Notes under the pieces: model-generated
The model's input: the letters and a program-made list of their open reading frames with translations, nothing else
Told to the model about the DNA's origin: nothing
The model's database searches: none
Made by a program: the position numbers and the translations under genes
Part shown: in pieces, positions 26,643 through 36,981 of the stretch
Layout: the number at the start of each line of letters is the position of its first letter
Position numbering within the stretch: the first letter of the stretch is position 1
Assembly (NCBI GenBank): GCA_023382875.1
Contig: JAHDXH010000001.1
Coordinates: forward strand, 95,527-159,526
From: Patescibacteria group bacterium
GTDB taxonomy: Bacteria > Patescibacteriota > Microgenomatia > UBA1400 > PJMF01
Reading direction: 5' to 3'
Length of the DNA: 64,000 bases

Positions 26643-26693
26643 CTTGAGATAAATTTCAGATTTGTGTAAGGTTTAGGTTTTATAACAATCTCT

Positions 26694-27902
26694 ATGAGAA
26701 AGTTGGTTGTTATCTTGCTAATTGGTGTTTTTTATTTTGGCTGTGTGGATTTAATCTCAGCTCAAGTAATTATTAATGAGGTTTATCCTCAACCACTTAG
26801 TGGTGAGTTAGAGTGGGTGGAGTTAAAAAATTCTTCTAGTGTTTCTGCTTTTCTAAATGGTTGGGTTTTGGAAGATATGCTCAGTTCTCCCAAAACTATT
26901 TATTCATTTGGCTTACTTGAGATTTTACCTAACCAGTTTTTTGTTGCTACCTTTTCTGGTCAGTTGAATAATAATGCCGATGGGGTGGTTTTGAGAGATT
27001 CATCGGGCAATATTATTTCTCAAATGAGTTATAGCTCAAGCTATTCAGGACTCAGTTGGCAGCTAGACAACCAAGGTACTTTTATTTCTGAGAGCCCGAC
27101 TAAGGGTGCAGAAAATTCTGTGGCGGAATTAGCGCCCACGCCTTCGCCGACTCTGCAACCTTCTGCAAGCCCTTTGCCCACTCCATCGCCATCGCCATCG
27201 CCTACTCCTTCACCAGCAACTAGTTTGGTTTCAATAGACAAGATTCGTCAATTGCAGCTCCTGAAAGTTTCTAGTTGCCCCAAAAGCGGTAATGAATGGC
27301 TGGAGTGGCTAAATACTGGTGAAGAAAAACTTCTTGCGACTTTGATGATTAAAGATTTGCAAGCCAATAATTTATCAGTCAGTATTGAAGTTGAACCAGG
27401 TAAAAAGGTAATTACCAATTTGTCTCGTCACATTTTCAATAACAGTGGAGATGAATTATTTGTTTATTTTAACGATCAATTATTGGTAAATAAAAATCTA
27501 CCAAGTTGTGAAACTGCAGACACAATTTTTTCATTTTCGTCCGATTTTAATTGGCCAATTGAAGAAGTGATTGAAAATGATGACTATGTTGCTCTTAGTA
27601 CTTCTAGTCCAGGCTTAGATATCCAAGCAAAAACCGCTATTACACAACCAGAAGCCAGCAAAAAGCTAACAAAAAAGCCTAATTTTTTATTACCGACTTT
27701 GGAAAGTTTTCCGACTTCTGCTAGTGGAGTGGCAGCAAAATTACCTGAAAGCAGCCGAGTTTTGGGATCAACAATCAATGAAGATTTAGACAGTATTTTT
27801 CAGTTTAGGTGGTTTTTGATCTGCGGTGGGTTTTTATGGACAGGTCTGGGTATAATAGAAATCTATGGAGCAGTTTTCTCTCAAAATAAAGCTGTGGGTT
27901 AA
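26694..27902 (+). CDS. Surface protein with an N-terminal lamin-tail domain (LTD), a Pro/Ser/Thr linker and a C-terminal TM anchor
   Basis: After the signal peptide, the LTD pattern is VIINEVYPQP...EWVELKN...LNGWVLED...NNADGVVLRDSSGNII. The linker is PTPSPSPSPTPSP. A hydrophobic C-terminus follows. Confidence 0.55.
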   Translation: MRKLVVILLIGVFYFGCVDLISAQVIINEVYPQPLSGELEWVELKNSSSVSAFLNGWVLEDMLSSPKTIYSFGLLEILPNQFFVATFSGQLNNNADGVVLRDSSGNIISQMSYSSSYSGLSWQLDNQGTFISESPTKGAENSVAELAPTPSPTLQPSASPLPTPSPSPSPTPSPATSLVSIDKIRQLQLLKVSSCPKSGNEWLEWLNTGEEKLLATLMIKDLQANNLSVSIEVEPGKKVITNLSRHIFNNSGDELFVYFNDQLLVNKNLPSCETADTIFSFSSDFNWPIEEVIENDDYVALSTSSPGLDIQAKTAITQPEASKKLTKKPNFLLPTLESFPTSASGVAAKLPESSRVLGSTINEDLDSIFQFRWFLICGGFLWTGLGIIEIYGAVFSQNKAVG

Positions 27903-28254
27903 AGCTTTTTTACCAGCCATTGTTTGGGCGATGGTGATTTTTACCCTTTCTTCTCAGCCAACTTTGCCTGGTTTTGAATCAGGATTTTTTGATTTTATTC
28001 TCAAAAAATCTGCACACATGTTTGTTTATGCAGTGCTTTATTTATTGATTGCTAGAGGTGTAGAAATGGTTGAACCAACTAGGGCAAAAAAAAGCTGGTT
28101 GGTTTTTTTACCACTTTTGATTGTGCTTTTTTATGCCATCAGTGATGAGTTTCATCAGTCTTTAGTTCCCAATCGATATCCTACATTTAGAGATATTGGT
28201 TATGATATACTAGGTGCTTCGTTAATGTTCTTTAGAAAGTATAAATACATTTAA
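27865..28254 (+). CDS. VanZ-like membrane protein (the start is probably the internal Met near 27931)
   Basis: The VanZ motif ISDEFHQSLVPNRYPTFRDIGYDILG is present with 3-4 TMs. The 5' end overlaps the previous gene. Confidence 0.6.
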   Translation: MEQFSLKIKLWVKAFLPAIVWAMVIFTLSSQPTLPGFESGFFDFILKKSAHMFVYAVLYLLIARGVEMVEPTRAKKSWLVFLPLLIVLFYAISDEFHQSLVPNRYPTFRDIGYDILGASLMFFRKYKYI

Positions 28255-28357
28255 ACATCAAGAAAATATGACTTGCGCCCAATTTTTCTTGTGATATTAT
28301 CTTTATCACCCCTTTTAACTAGAGTTAAAAATTAGTAGTAAGTTATTAGAGTTTCAT

Positions 28358-28633
28358 ATGACTAAATCACAACTCATTAACATCGTGGCTAAGAAAGCCC
28401 ACCTTACCAAGAGAGCCTCTGAAGAAGCAATCGAATCATTGTTCGAAGAAGTTACAAGAGCTTTGAACAAAGGCGAAAAAGTCGTTCTTTCTGGATTTGG
28501 TACTTTCTATGTCAGCAATGTCAAAGATAAGCAAGTCGTTCCATTTGGCGACGAAGCAAAAAGACAAACTATCAAAGGTCACAAAGTGGTCAACTTCAGA
28601 GTTGGTAAACCTCTTAAGAGAAACGTTTGGTAA
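28358..28633 (+). CDS. hup: HU family nucleoid-associated DNA-binding protein
   Basis: The arm motif LSGFGTFYVSNVKDKQV....G...KIKGHKVVNFRVGK is present, typical HU/IHF. Length is 91 aa. Confidence 0.85.
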   Translation: MTKSQLINIVAKKAHLTKRASEEAIESLFEEVTRALNKGEKVVLSGFGTFYVSNVKDKQVVPFGDEAKRQTIKGHKVVNFRVGKPLKRNVW

Positions 28634-28657
28634 TCGTCAAAGTTAACGAATTTTAAA

Positions 28658-28688
28658 AGCTCAGTCTATGACTGGGCTTTTTTGTTTG
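28658..28688. terminator. Bidirectional intrinsic terminator, agctcagtc/gactgggct hairpin plus a T-run
   Basis: A 9-bp stem with one mismatch and a 3-nt loop is followed by TTTTTGTTTG on the plus strand. The stop codon of the minus-strand ORF lies in the loop. Confidence 0.55.
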
Positions 28689-28962
28689 ATCTTTGACGAG
28701 GTGGTCTGTCGATTTTGTAAATTGAATCAAGACCTTTTCTTTTGATATGCTGTGCCATTTTCATGGAATCAGCCATGGTGACGATCACGCCAGTTTTCCA
28801 GATGATGCTAGCAAGTAATCTCAGTTCGTTATGCTCATCCCAACGCCTAATTTCACCCCAGTTGGTTTTTAGGGCAATAATGACAGCGATCGAATCAGGA
28901 ATATCGAAAGAAACCAGTTCTTGAAAAAAATCTTGCTGTTCTCTATTGAGGTGGTCGGCCAT
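28666..28962 (-). CDS. Hypothetical 98-aa protein
   Basis: The ORF converges on the HU terminator. No motif was recognized. Confidence 0.35.
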   Translation of the reverse strand: MADHLNREQQDFFQELVSFDIPDSIAVIIALKTNWGEIRRWDEHNELRLLASIIWKTGVIVTMADSMKMAQHIKRKGLDSIYKIDRPPRQRSNKKAQS

Positions 28963-29007
28963 AAAATGATTTTAACCATTTTTTCTTGGGATAGTAAAGA
29001 AGAAGGG

Positions 29008-29769
29008 CTAAATTAGCTGGAAGATCAAGAGAGCTGAACCTAAAATTACACAATACCAGCCAAAGAAAGCAAAGTTGGCTTTATCGACGACGAATTTAAG
29101 TAATCTCAAGCTAAGTAAGCCAGTAATAGTGGCTGCTAAGCCGCCAATTAAGTACAGTCCGACATTTACACTTCCAAGTCCAGTGCCTTGCATTAAGTCT
29201 AATCCTTGAAGAATTACCGCTCCCAAAATAGCTGGTATTGCCAAGAAAAAGGAAAACTTAAAAGTTGATTGCTTGTCCATTTTTTGTGCTAACCCACTCA
29301 TCATGGTTGAGCCAGATCTGGATAAGCCTGGCATAATAGCACTAGCTTGGAGAGTGCCAATTACTAAAGCTTTTTTCCAGTTAACCTTGCTGAAATTTTC
29401 TGGCGGATGAGTCATGAAGTAATGAGAAATAAAATTGAAAATTCCAGATAAAATTAAAAACAAGCCTACATAAATAGCGGAATGCATTAATGCTTCAAGC
29501 CAATCCTTGACCCAAAGTCCCATGACAACTGCAGGTAACGTGCCAATCCCCACCAAAAACCAATCTTTAATTTTCAAAGTCCACAAGTCTTTCCAAAAAA
29601 AGATGATGACAGCGACTAAAGTTGCTAGGTGTAAAAAAACATCAAAGGACAAAACTTCTGTTAGCCCAAAAAATTGTTGAGCGATTGAAAGATGGCCATC
29701 ACTAGAAATCGGTAAAAACTCAGTCACTCCTTGGATGACTCCAAGAATAATAGCTTGAAAATAATTCAT
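29008..29769 (-). CDS. uppP: Undecaprenyl-diphosphate phosphatase (UppP/BacA)
   Basis: The motif GVIQGVTEFLPISSDGHL is present with 7-8 TMs. Length is 253 aa. Confidence 0.9.
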   Translation of the reverse strand: MNYFQAIILGVIQGVTEFLPISSDGHLSIAQQFFGLTEVLSFDVFLHLATLVAVIIFFWKDLWTLKIKDWFLVGIGTLPAVVMGLWVKDWLEALMHSAIYVGLFLILSGIFNFISHYFMTHPPENFSKVNWKKALVIGTLQASAIMPGLSRSGSTMMSGLAQKMDKQSTFKFSFFLAIPAILGAVILQGLDLMQGTGLGSVNVGLYLIGGLAATITGLLSLRLLKFVVDKANFAFFGWYCVILGSALLIFQLI

Positions 29770-29771
29770 AG

Positions 29772-30455
29772 TTATTTGTTTGAAAGATTATCTTTGTAGT
29801 ATCCCTCAAGGAGTTTCTTGACCAGATCTTTACCACCTAACCCCAGTGATAATCCCAAGCCCAGTGATACTGCCCCAACAAAACCAACGAATAAAATCAA
29901 AATAAACTCACTGGCTATTCCAAGCTCAGAAACGCTGATTAAAAGACCGACGATCATGACTAAGTAACTCGAGATTTTGCCCAAAGCTCTTCCAGTTTTT
30001 GGATCGATACTCTTGATTGAACCTTTGACTAAGCTTTCGACCAAGCCAGCCAATAAAACAGCAAAGAATAAAATAATTACTGAAGAAAGAATATTGGGAA
30101 TGAAACTTAAAATTCTTTCTAGAATTGAAGAGAGTGAAGTCAAACCTAAGATAGCAATGCTAGTTTGAATGATGACTAGCATGATTAGCCAGTACACGAT
30201 TGAGCCACAAACTTGTTCAATTCTTCTACTAACTTCAGTATTTTCTAAGAAATGCTCAATAGGTGTATTGCTTAAGGCTTTGGAAAGTTTGATGGCGTCA
30301 AGAGATTTGACTACTAAGTGACGAATAGTTTTGGCAACAGCAGTGCCTAAAATAAAAACAGCCAATGCGGCGGCAATCTTAGGTAGATAGACTGAAAATT
30401 CAGCTAAGGTTTGTAGAAAAATAATGGACAGTGATTGATAGGCGTTTTCCCACAT
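29772..30455 (-). CDS. Hypothetical polytopic membrane protein
   Basis: It has several TM helices and no clear family motif. Confidence 0.4.
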   Translation of the reverse strand: MWENAYQSLSIIFLQTLAEFSVYLPKIAAALAVFILGTAVAKTIRHLVVKSLDAIKLSKALSNTPIEHFLENTEVSRRIEQVCGSIVYWLIMLVIIQTSIAILGLTSLSSILERILSFIPNILSSVIILFFAVLLAGLVESLVKGSIKSIDPKTGRALGKISSYLVMIVGLLISVSELGIASEFILILFVGFVGAVSLGLGLSLGLGGKDLVKKLLEGYYKDNLSNK

Positions 30456-30461
30456 ATGGCA

Positions 30462-32171
30462 TTAATTATACTGATTTTCAAAGATTTTATAAGTGCGCGT
30501 TTGTTTCACTAATTTAAAAGTCTGAATAAACTCTCTTTCATTAGCCTTCCAGACTGCTCTTTCGTTGTCACCTATTACAAGATAATCTATGTTGTATTTT
30601 TGTAAAAAACCAAGATGCTCTTGGGGGTTTTTATAAAAGTCAGTGACATCTTGTTCAATTTCTTTGTAATCATAGCCATGAGTCCATAGCCAGCCACGGT
30701 AAGTTAAAATTGTTTGTCTACCAGTAAGATTAAAAACAGGATGATTGTGCTTGTCACCAGTCAGCCAAATACTATTTTTTGCAGTATTATTTTTGATCCA
30801 TTCGACTAGTTCTAGTTCTTCTTTTGAGTACATGACATGACTATGTAGGTCGTGTCTGATGATGTAATGAAGGTCCATTGCGCCGCTTAAAATGGTTGTA
30901 AAAAATATGCCACCAATTATTAAAAATTTGAGTGGGTTTAAATAATGAAGATCGGCTCTCTTTTGCCAAATAGCTTGAAAAACATAGATAACTAAATAAG
31001 AAAAGCCCAATGATGACCAAACAAAAAGTTTGGTGTTATCCCACGCAAAGGGCTGGAATAAGAATAAATTGGCAATAATAAAAATGAAAACAAAGGGAGA
31101 AAAAACCAAAATATGTTTGAGGTTTTTTTTGGCGATTAAGAAAAAACCTAGGAATGATAACCACGGGACAAAAAGCCAGTTTCTAAACCAAAAATCCAAC
31201 CAATTCATTTTATAATCTTTGGCTAGCCAGCCAGGGAAAAATTGTGAAAAACCATGGTCGACTTGATTGAAGAAATAGTATGCGATCAGGGGAAAGCTGA
31301 TAATCCCCGTTAAGCCGGCTAAAGTTAACCATGAGGGCAGTCTTTCCCTGATTTTATTTTTATTATTCAGCAAATCTTCCAAAGACCAAAAACTTAAAAT
31401 AATAAAAGCTGCCAAGAATGAGTGGGTATGAATAATGGGCATTAAGCCCAAAATAATGGCTGAAACAAATATTTTCCATTTTTGATGATTATTTTTGGCA
31501 AAAAAATATTGGTAGATAAAAGTAAGGGCTAAAACTGTCAAGGGAAAGCCAAGTAAAAATGCCCGTTGAGGGATCATCATGCTGTCAACAACGCTGATCC
31601 ATTTGATTTGGTATTGATCATATCTAGTGACTTCGTGAAGGGGGTTGATAAGTAGTTCAACGAAAGATTTGCCGCCAAGATTGTCTTTGAAGTAGTAATA
31701 AAAACCCAGTCCGCCATTGAGAAGAAAAACCAGTGAGCTAAGAACAGCCTTTTTCTCAGATTTCCAAAGATTCAAAAAAAAGTAATAAATTGCCCAAACG
31801 AAAAAAACTGATAGTAAGAAGCTTGGCACGAGAAAACTGTAAATTAAGTCACCAGAAAAACGATAAAAAATAGCGCTAAGTTGGTCGGCCATGAATGGAT
31901 AGCTAAATTTCGCACCGATTAAAAATGGACTTTCAGTCAAGAAAAGTCCCCTATTTTCCATGGCTGTTGCCATTGTAAAGTGGGCAGCCCAGTCACCCCA
32001 AATATTTACGTGTCCAGCAAATAAATTGCCGGTTTTGTCAATAAAAATAGCTTTTGACCAAAATAAGAGAAAATATAAAAACCAAAAACCAAAAAATAGT
32101 TTAGTTAAAATTGAGATTTTAGGGTTGAATTTGGGCATATTGGGTACTGACCCAACCTTGTTTACTTCCAA
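30462..32171 (-). CDS. Polytopic membrane protein with a C-terminal soluble domain, possibly a GT-C-type glycosyltransferase
   Basis: It has more than 10 TMs and a soluble domain of about 140 aa at the C-terminus. The assignment is architectural. Confidence 0.4.
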   Translation of the reverse strand: MEVNKVGSVPNMPKFNPKISILTKLFFGFWFLYFLLFWSKAIFIDKTGNLFAGHVNIWGDWAAHFTMATAMENRGLFLTESPFLIGAKFSYPFMADQLSAIFYRFSGDLIYSFLVPSFLLSVFFVWAIYYFFLNLWKSEKKAVLSSLVFLLNGGLGFYYYFKDNLGGKSFVELLINPLHEVTRYDQYQIKWISVVDSMMIPQRAFLLGFPLTVLALTFIYQYFFAKNNHQKWKIFVSAIILGLMPIIHTHSFLAAFIILSFWSLEDLLNNKNKIRERLPSWLTLAGLTGIISFPLIAYYFFNQVDHGFSQFFPGWLAKDYKMNWLDFWFRNWLFVPWLSFLGFFLIAKKNLKHILVFSPFVFIFIIANLFLFQPFAWDNTKLFVWSSLGFSYLVIYVFQAIWQKRADLHYLNPLKFLIIGGIFFTTILSGAMDLHYIIRHDLHSHVMYSKEELELVEWIKNNTAKNSIWLTGDKHNHPVFNLTGRQTILTYRGWLWTHGYDYKEIEQDVTDFYKNPQEHLGFLQKYNIDYLVIGDNERAVWKANEREFIQTFKLVKQTRTYKIFENQYN

Positions 32172-33099
32172 TCTCTAATTTTAACCAACTTGCTGTTTGC
32201 TCTTCAAGGTACGGATACTCTTTTCCTGATTCTGCTAATCCGATAACGGCAGCGCCAGAATTGGCGGCAGCTCTAACTTTGACTACTTCTTTGCCATTTT
32301 CAATATAGCCTGTCGATTTGATCAGAACTTTTTTGCCAGATAAGTCGATGTTTGAGGGAGCTTTTCTGAGTGGTACGGGGCTGCTAGCCATGGCGCCAGA
32401 AGTTGTGGCTACACCCTGGACACTACCTGATGGGCTGGCGTTTTCATTAAGGGTTTTGTGTTCGATAGTGGGCGAAGGACTAGGATTGGGTTGGGTGACT
32501 GGAACTACTTCTTCCTCGATGACGTTGTCTTTGGCTAATTTCACCAAAATATTAAGTCTGAAGCCTTTGTCTAAATTAATTGTGTGCTGCTGAGTAACAT
32601 AAGATGGCAAAGTGGCTTCAAATTCATGATGTCCAGGTTGTTCATTTTCAGAGGTGAAAGGGGCAAATTCTTTGTTGCCATTATCGATACTAATAATGGC
32701 TCCATCAGGAATACTCATGACGGAAATTTCTGTTTTATTGCGATCTGCTAGTTTTTCTAACTCGTAGATTACTCCACCGCTTTCAGCTAAGGTTTTGCCT
32801 GGGGTCCAAGTTACAACACTCAACATGCCTTTTCTTAATTTGATCGAAGTTTCGTATGGAACCAACTGATTGTTTTCGGGCTCAATTTTGATGGTGTAGT
32901 CGCCTGGTTTTAAATCTTTGGTCAGAAAGGGTGTTTTACCTAAAAACTGATCATTAAGAAAAATAGAAACCGGTACATCATTAGTAATGACTTGGAGTCC
33001 AGCTTTGTTTTTTAACTCTAGTGGATTGCAGGCACTAAAAAAGAAAACACTAAACAGCAAAATAGGAAGGAAACGCAGTTTACTGATCAAGGTCTTCAT
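32119..33099 (-). CDS. Lipoprotein with a PEGA domain and a C-terminal SH3b-like domain
   Basis: The lipobox is FFFSAC. The PEGA pattern is VPVSIFLNDQFLGKTPFL..LKPGDYTIKIEP. The C-terminal SH3-like stretch is GKKVLIKSTGYIENGKEVVKVRAAANSGAAVIGL. Confidence 0.55.
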   Translation of the reverse strand: MKTLISKLRFLPILLFSVFFFSACNPLELKNKAGLQVITNDVPVSIFLNDQFLGKTPFLTKDLKPGDYTIKIEPENNQLVPYETSIKLRKGMLSVVTWTPGKTLAESGGVIYELEKLADRNKTEISVMSIPDGAIISIDNGNKEFAPFTSENEQPGHHEFEATLPSYVTQQHTINLDKGFRLNILVKLAKDNVIEEEVVPVTQPNPSPSPTIEHKTLNENASPSGSVQGVATTSGAMASSPVPLRKAPSNIDLSGKKVLIKSTGYIENGKEVVKVRAAANSGAAVIGLAESGKEYPYLEEQTASWLKLEIGSKQGWVSTQYAQIQP

Positions 33100-33108
33100 G
33101 ACCTTAGT

Positions 33109-35592
33109 TTAACACAATGCCACTTTGAGCACTTGATCAACGTGATCAGCTGGAACAAATTTCACATTGTCTTTGACTGACTTTGGAATATCCTCTAAAT
33201 CGCGTAAGTTATCCTTGGGAATAATCACAATTTGACTGCCAGCGCGATGAGCAGCAATCGCCTTTTCTTTAAGTCCGCCAATTCTTAGAACTCGGCCTCT
33301 TAAAGTTACTTCGCCAGTCATGGCAACAGTTTTTCTGACCGGAGTTTTGGTAAAGGCAGACACAATGGCTGTGGTAATAGTGACACCAGCAGATGGACCA
33401 TCTTTTGGTACAGCACCCTCAGGAACGTGAATGTGGATGTTACTTTTATCAATTTTACTGGGCAAAATGCCTAATTTTTTGGCATTGGCTTGAACATAGG
33501 TCAAAGCTGCTTGAGCAGATTCCTTCATCACATCACCAAGTTTGCCGGTTAATTTAATTTGACCTTTTCCAGGTGTTAGAGCGACTTCAACAAATAAGAC
33601 GTCTCCGCCAACGCTGGTCCAAGCTAGGCCAGTTGCTAAGCCGACCTGATTGGTTTTTTCAGTCAGGGTTTCATCATAATCTTCTGGACCTAAGTACTCG
33701 CGAACTTTTTCTGGAGTAATAGTTAAAAGTTTTTTGGTAACTTTTTTGGTCAACAATTCCCTAGCTAATTTTCTGGTGATTTTGCTGAGGTTTCTTTCTA
33801 GATCACGAACACCAGCTTCTCTGGTATATCGAGAAATTACTTTTTCAACAGCATCATCTTGGAAAACAATTGATTTGTCGCTAAGACCATTGGCTTTGAG
33901 AACTTTTTCCAATAAATGGTCTTTGGCAATGAAGAATTTTTCTTCGCTGGTGTAACCAGTATAAGGAATAATTTCCAAGCGGTCTCTCAAAGCGGGTGGG
34001 ATAGTTTCCAGATTATTAGCTGTAGTAATGAATAAAACCTGAGACAAATCAAAAGGAACGTCTAAATAGTGATCTTCAAAGCCAAAGTTTTGTTCTGGGT
34101 CTAAAGCTTCGAGTAAAGCCGATGATGGGTCGCCTTTATAATCAGAAGCCAATTTATCAACCTCATCGAGCATAAAAACCGGGTTCATGGTGCCAGCTTG
34201 TTTGATGCCATTGATAATACGTCCTGGCATGGCGCCAACGTAAGTACGGCGGTGACCTCTAATTTCAGCCTCATCGCGAACACCACCCAAAGAAACTTTG
34301 GTGAATTTGCGACCTAAAGCTTCAGCAACTGATCGACCAATACTAGTTTTACCCACACCCGGTGGTCCCACAAAACAAAGAATGGTAGGAATAGTTTGGT
34401 CAGCTTTGTCTGAGCTTTTTTCTAGATTTTGTTTGTGTTGCAAAACAGCGATAAATTCTAAAATTCTTTCTTTAACCTTTGGTAATCCATAGTGGTTTTT
34501 GGCCAGAATTTTTTCGGCTTTGCCGATGTCGTAGTTACCCTTACTAAGTTTGCCCCATGGTAATTCAAAGAAGGCATCTAGCCAACTTCTTAAGTAGCCA
34601 GTTTCAGGATTATAGGGAGACATTTGTCTCATTTTCTTGATTTCCTTGGCTACCTTTTCTTTGATTTCAGGAGTGCATTTGAGCTTGCGAAGTTTTTTAT
34701 CGTATTCGTCAGCCATTTCTGCTTCATCTTCAACTTCACCGAGTTCTTTTTGAATAGTTCTTAATCTTTCGCGAAGAACATTTTCGCGCATGGCTTGACT
34801 CATTTTGGTTTGAGTTTTGTTGACCACGTCTTTTTCAATTTTCAAAATTTCGATTTCGTGTGACAAGCGAGCAGCAACCAATCTCATTCTTTCTTTAACA
34901 TCTAGGGTCTCCAGGATTTTTTGTTTTTCCTTGGTGGAATTGGTGAGAGTACTGGCGATTTGATCTGTTAATTCGCTTTCGGTGGCTCCACTCATTAATT
35001 TCATGAAGCTTAAAAATTCCACACTTCTGCCCATTTGAATAGAGTTGTGGAATTCTTGTTGTAAGTGTTTAGCCAAAGCTTCTGATTCTGAGTCCTTGTT
35101 CAAAACTTCTTTAAGAACTTTGATTTTTCCATAAAAAGGTGAGGTTTGAGTAAATTCGATAATTCCGACTCTTTCAATACCTCTAGCCAAAACATTGAGC
35201 TGTGTTGTGGTATCTAGCGCTCTCTCTAAAGTGGCAAGGGTTCCAACCATGTACAAATCATCGACAGTTGGCTCTTCAAGGTTGGATCTTTTTTGAGTGA
35301 CCAAAACCACGAGCTTGCTACCCTTTAATGCTTTGCGAACCGATTTTTGAGACAGTTTTCTACCAAAAGTTAAAACTGATTCAGTGCTTGGATATAAAAC
35401 ACCTTCCTTGATAGGAATAATAGGTAAGATAGCTTCTTCAATAGCACCTAAATCAAGCTTAGTTGGCTGGGGTTTGCCAAAGAGATTTTGTGTCATTTTC
35501 TCGAGTTCAGCAATTTCTTGATCAATATCAAGAGTTGAGTCTTTCGCCAATTCGTCTTGAGGTGGTTTTTCAGAGTGATCTTGATTAGTCAT
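33109..35592 (-). CDS. lon: ATP-dependent protease Lon
   Basis: Walker A is GPPGVGKTS. The protease Ser site is PKDGPSAGVTITTAIVS. Length is 827 aa. Confidence 0.95.
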   Translation of the reverse strand: MTNQDHSEKPPQDELAKDSTLDIDQEIAELEKMTQNLFGKPQPTKLDLGAIEEAILPIIPIKEGVLYPSTESVLTFGRKLSQKSVRKALKGSKLVVLVTQKRSNLEEPTVDDLYMVGTLATLERALDTTTQLNVLARGIERVGIIEFTQTSPFYGKIKVLKEVLNKDSESEALAKHLQQEFHNSIQMGRSVEFLSFMKLMSGATESELTDQIASTLTNSTKEKQKILETLDVKERMRLVAARLSHEIEILKIEKDVVNKTQTKMSQAMRENVLRERLRTIQKELGEVEDEAEMADEYDKKLRKLKCTPEIKEKVAKEIKKMRQMSPYNPETGYLRSWLDAFFELPWGKLSKGNYDIGKAEKILAKNHYGLPKVKERILEFIAVLQHKQNLEKSSDKADQTIPTILCFVGPPGVGKTSIGRSVAEALGRKFTKVSLGGVRDEAEIRGHRRTYVGAMPGRIINGIKQAGTMNPVFMLDEVDKLASDYKGDPSSALLEALDPEQNFGFEDHYLDVPFDLSQVLFITTANNLETIPPALRDRLEIIPYTGYTSEEKFFIAKDHLLEKVLKANGLSDKSIVFQDDAVEKVISRYTREAGVRDLERNLSKITRKLARELLTKKVTKKLLTITPEKVREYLGPEDYDETLTEKTNQVGLATGLAWTSVGGDVLFVEVALTPGKGQIKLTGKLGDVMKESAQAALTYVQANAKKLGILPSKIDKSNIHIHVPEGAVPKDGPSAGVTITTAIVSAFTKTPVRKTVAMTGEVTLRGRVLRIGGLKEKAIAAHRAGSQIVIIPKDNLRDLEDIPKSVKDNVKFVPADHVDQVLKVALC

Positions 35593-35695
35593 AGGTTTTT
35601 CTAAGTTAGGTTAGCATTGTAGCTTGATGAGTGCTAAACATCAAGAGGAAAGTTGCTCGAGTAGTTCAAATTAAACTGCAGTAAAATATCTTTCA

Positions 35696-35878
35696 ATGAA
35701 AGATAAAGATTTTATTAGTTTGTTGCAAGATCAAGCCCAAAAGCAATCGATGCTCAATACCAAAAGGATTTTGCCAAAAAAAATGGATGCGATTACTTCT
35801 TTTGTTGGCAATTATTCTTGGCAAGTTATTTTAGTTATCTCATTGGTCGGCGCGATGATTTGGCAGTGGTGGTCGTAG
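35696..35878 (+). CDS. Small 60-aa membrane protein, hypothetical
   Basis: There is a single C-terminal TM. The ORF is isolated on the plus strand between lon and prfB. Confidence 0.25.
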   Translation: MKDKDFISLLQDQAQKQSMLNTKRILPKKMDAITSFVGNYSWQVILVISLVGAMIWQWWS

Positions 35879-35880
35879 GT

Positions 35881-36972
35881 TTAAAGTTTTATTTCTTCAA
35901 AAATAAACTTATCAAGGTCTCCATCTAAGGTACTAGCCGTATCACTAGTTTCTACATCGGTTCTTGTATCCTTAACTAGATGATAGGGATGTAAAACGTA
36001 GTTTCTAATTTGATTGCCCCAGCTAGCGTTAACATGAACACCTTTTTCTTTGGCTAGGTCTGCCTGACGTTTTTCTTCATCTAAGAGCGCTAATTTGGCG
36101 CGCAGAATTTTCATGGCCTTTTCTTTATTTTGAGATTGTTTTCTTTCTTCACGGCACTTAACCACAATCCCAGTAGGAATGTGAGTTAGTTCGACGGCAG
36201 AGTTAACTTTGTTAACGTTTTGACCTCCAGCACCACCAGCACGAGTAAAATTCCATTCAAGATCTGTTTCTTTGATTTCAATCTCTGCCTCGTCTTCAAT
36301 CATGGGTAAAACTTCAACTAAAGCAAAAGAGGTTTGACGAAGATTATCAGCATTAAAAGGACTTTGTCTGACGAGACGATGTGTGCCGGCTTCATTTTTT
36401 AAGTAACCGTAAGCATAGGGGGCCATGACTTCATATGAAGCTTCTTTAATACCCGCGGTTTCTCCAGCAATGTGACTGGTTAATAAATTTTTCCAACCTT
36501 TTCTTTCAAAATAACGCATGTACATGCGTGACAACATAGAAGCCCAGTCCATAGCTTCAGTACCACCTTGTCCAGGATGAATAGAAACAATTGCTCCAAA
36601 TTTGTCATATCTACCATTGAGAAATTGAGAAAGTTCGAGCCTATTAATTAATTTTTTATAACGTTTTAATTCGACGGCCAGCTCGTTTTCTAGGTCGCTA
36701 TTATCTCCACCAACTTCATCGATTAATTCGACGATTCCCATAATATTTTCACCAGCAGTTAAAGTATCTTCGATTTGTTTGACTTCTTCTTTTTTGATAC
36801 CAATATCTTGCATAATGGCTTGGGCCGAGCTTGATTGCCAAAAGTCTGGAACAAAAGTTTGTTTTTCTAAATCACTGAGTTCATTTTTCAAACTGGCTAA
36901 GCTTAGATTTTCTAGCAGCTGTTCGGCTTTGCTGGTTAAGGTTGAGACTTCATCTTTGAGAGCTTGATTCAT
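35881..36972 (-). CDS. prfB: Peptide chain release factor 2, a single ORF with no programmed frameshift
   Basis: The GGQ motif ([12 protein letters not shown]) and the SPF motif (RQSPFN) are present. The reading frame is continuous over 363 aa. Confidence 0.9.
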   Translation of the reverse strand: MNQALKDEVSTLTSKAEQLLENLSLASLKNELSDLEKQTFVPDFWQSSSAQAIMQDIGIKKEEVKQIEDTLTAGENIMGIVELIDEVGGDNSDLENELAVELKRYKKLINRLELSQFLNGRYDKFGAIVSIHPGQGGTEAMDWASMLSRMYMRYFERKGWKNLLTSHIAGETAGIKEASYEVMAPYAYGYLKNEAGTHRLVRQSPFNADNLRQTSFALVEVLPMIEDEAEIEIKETDLEWNFTRAGGAGGQNVNKVNSAVELTHIPTGIVVKCREERKQSQNKEKAMKILRAKLALLDEEKRQADLAKEKGVHVNASWGNQIRNYVLHPYHLVKDTRTDVETSDTASTLDGDLDKFIFEEIKL

Positions 36973-36981
36973 GGTGGTTGA

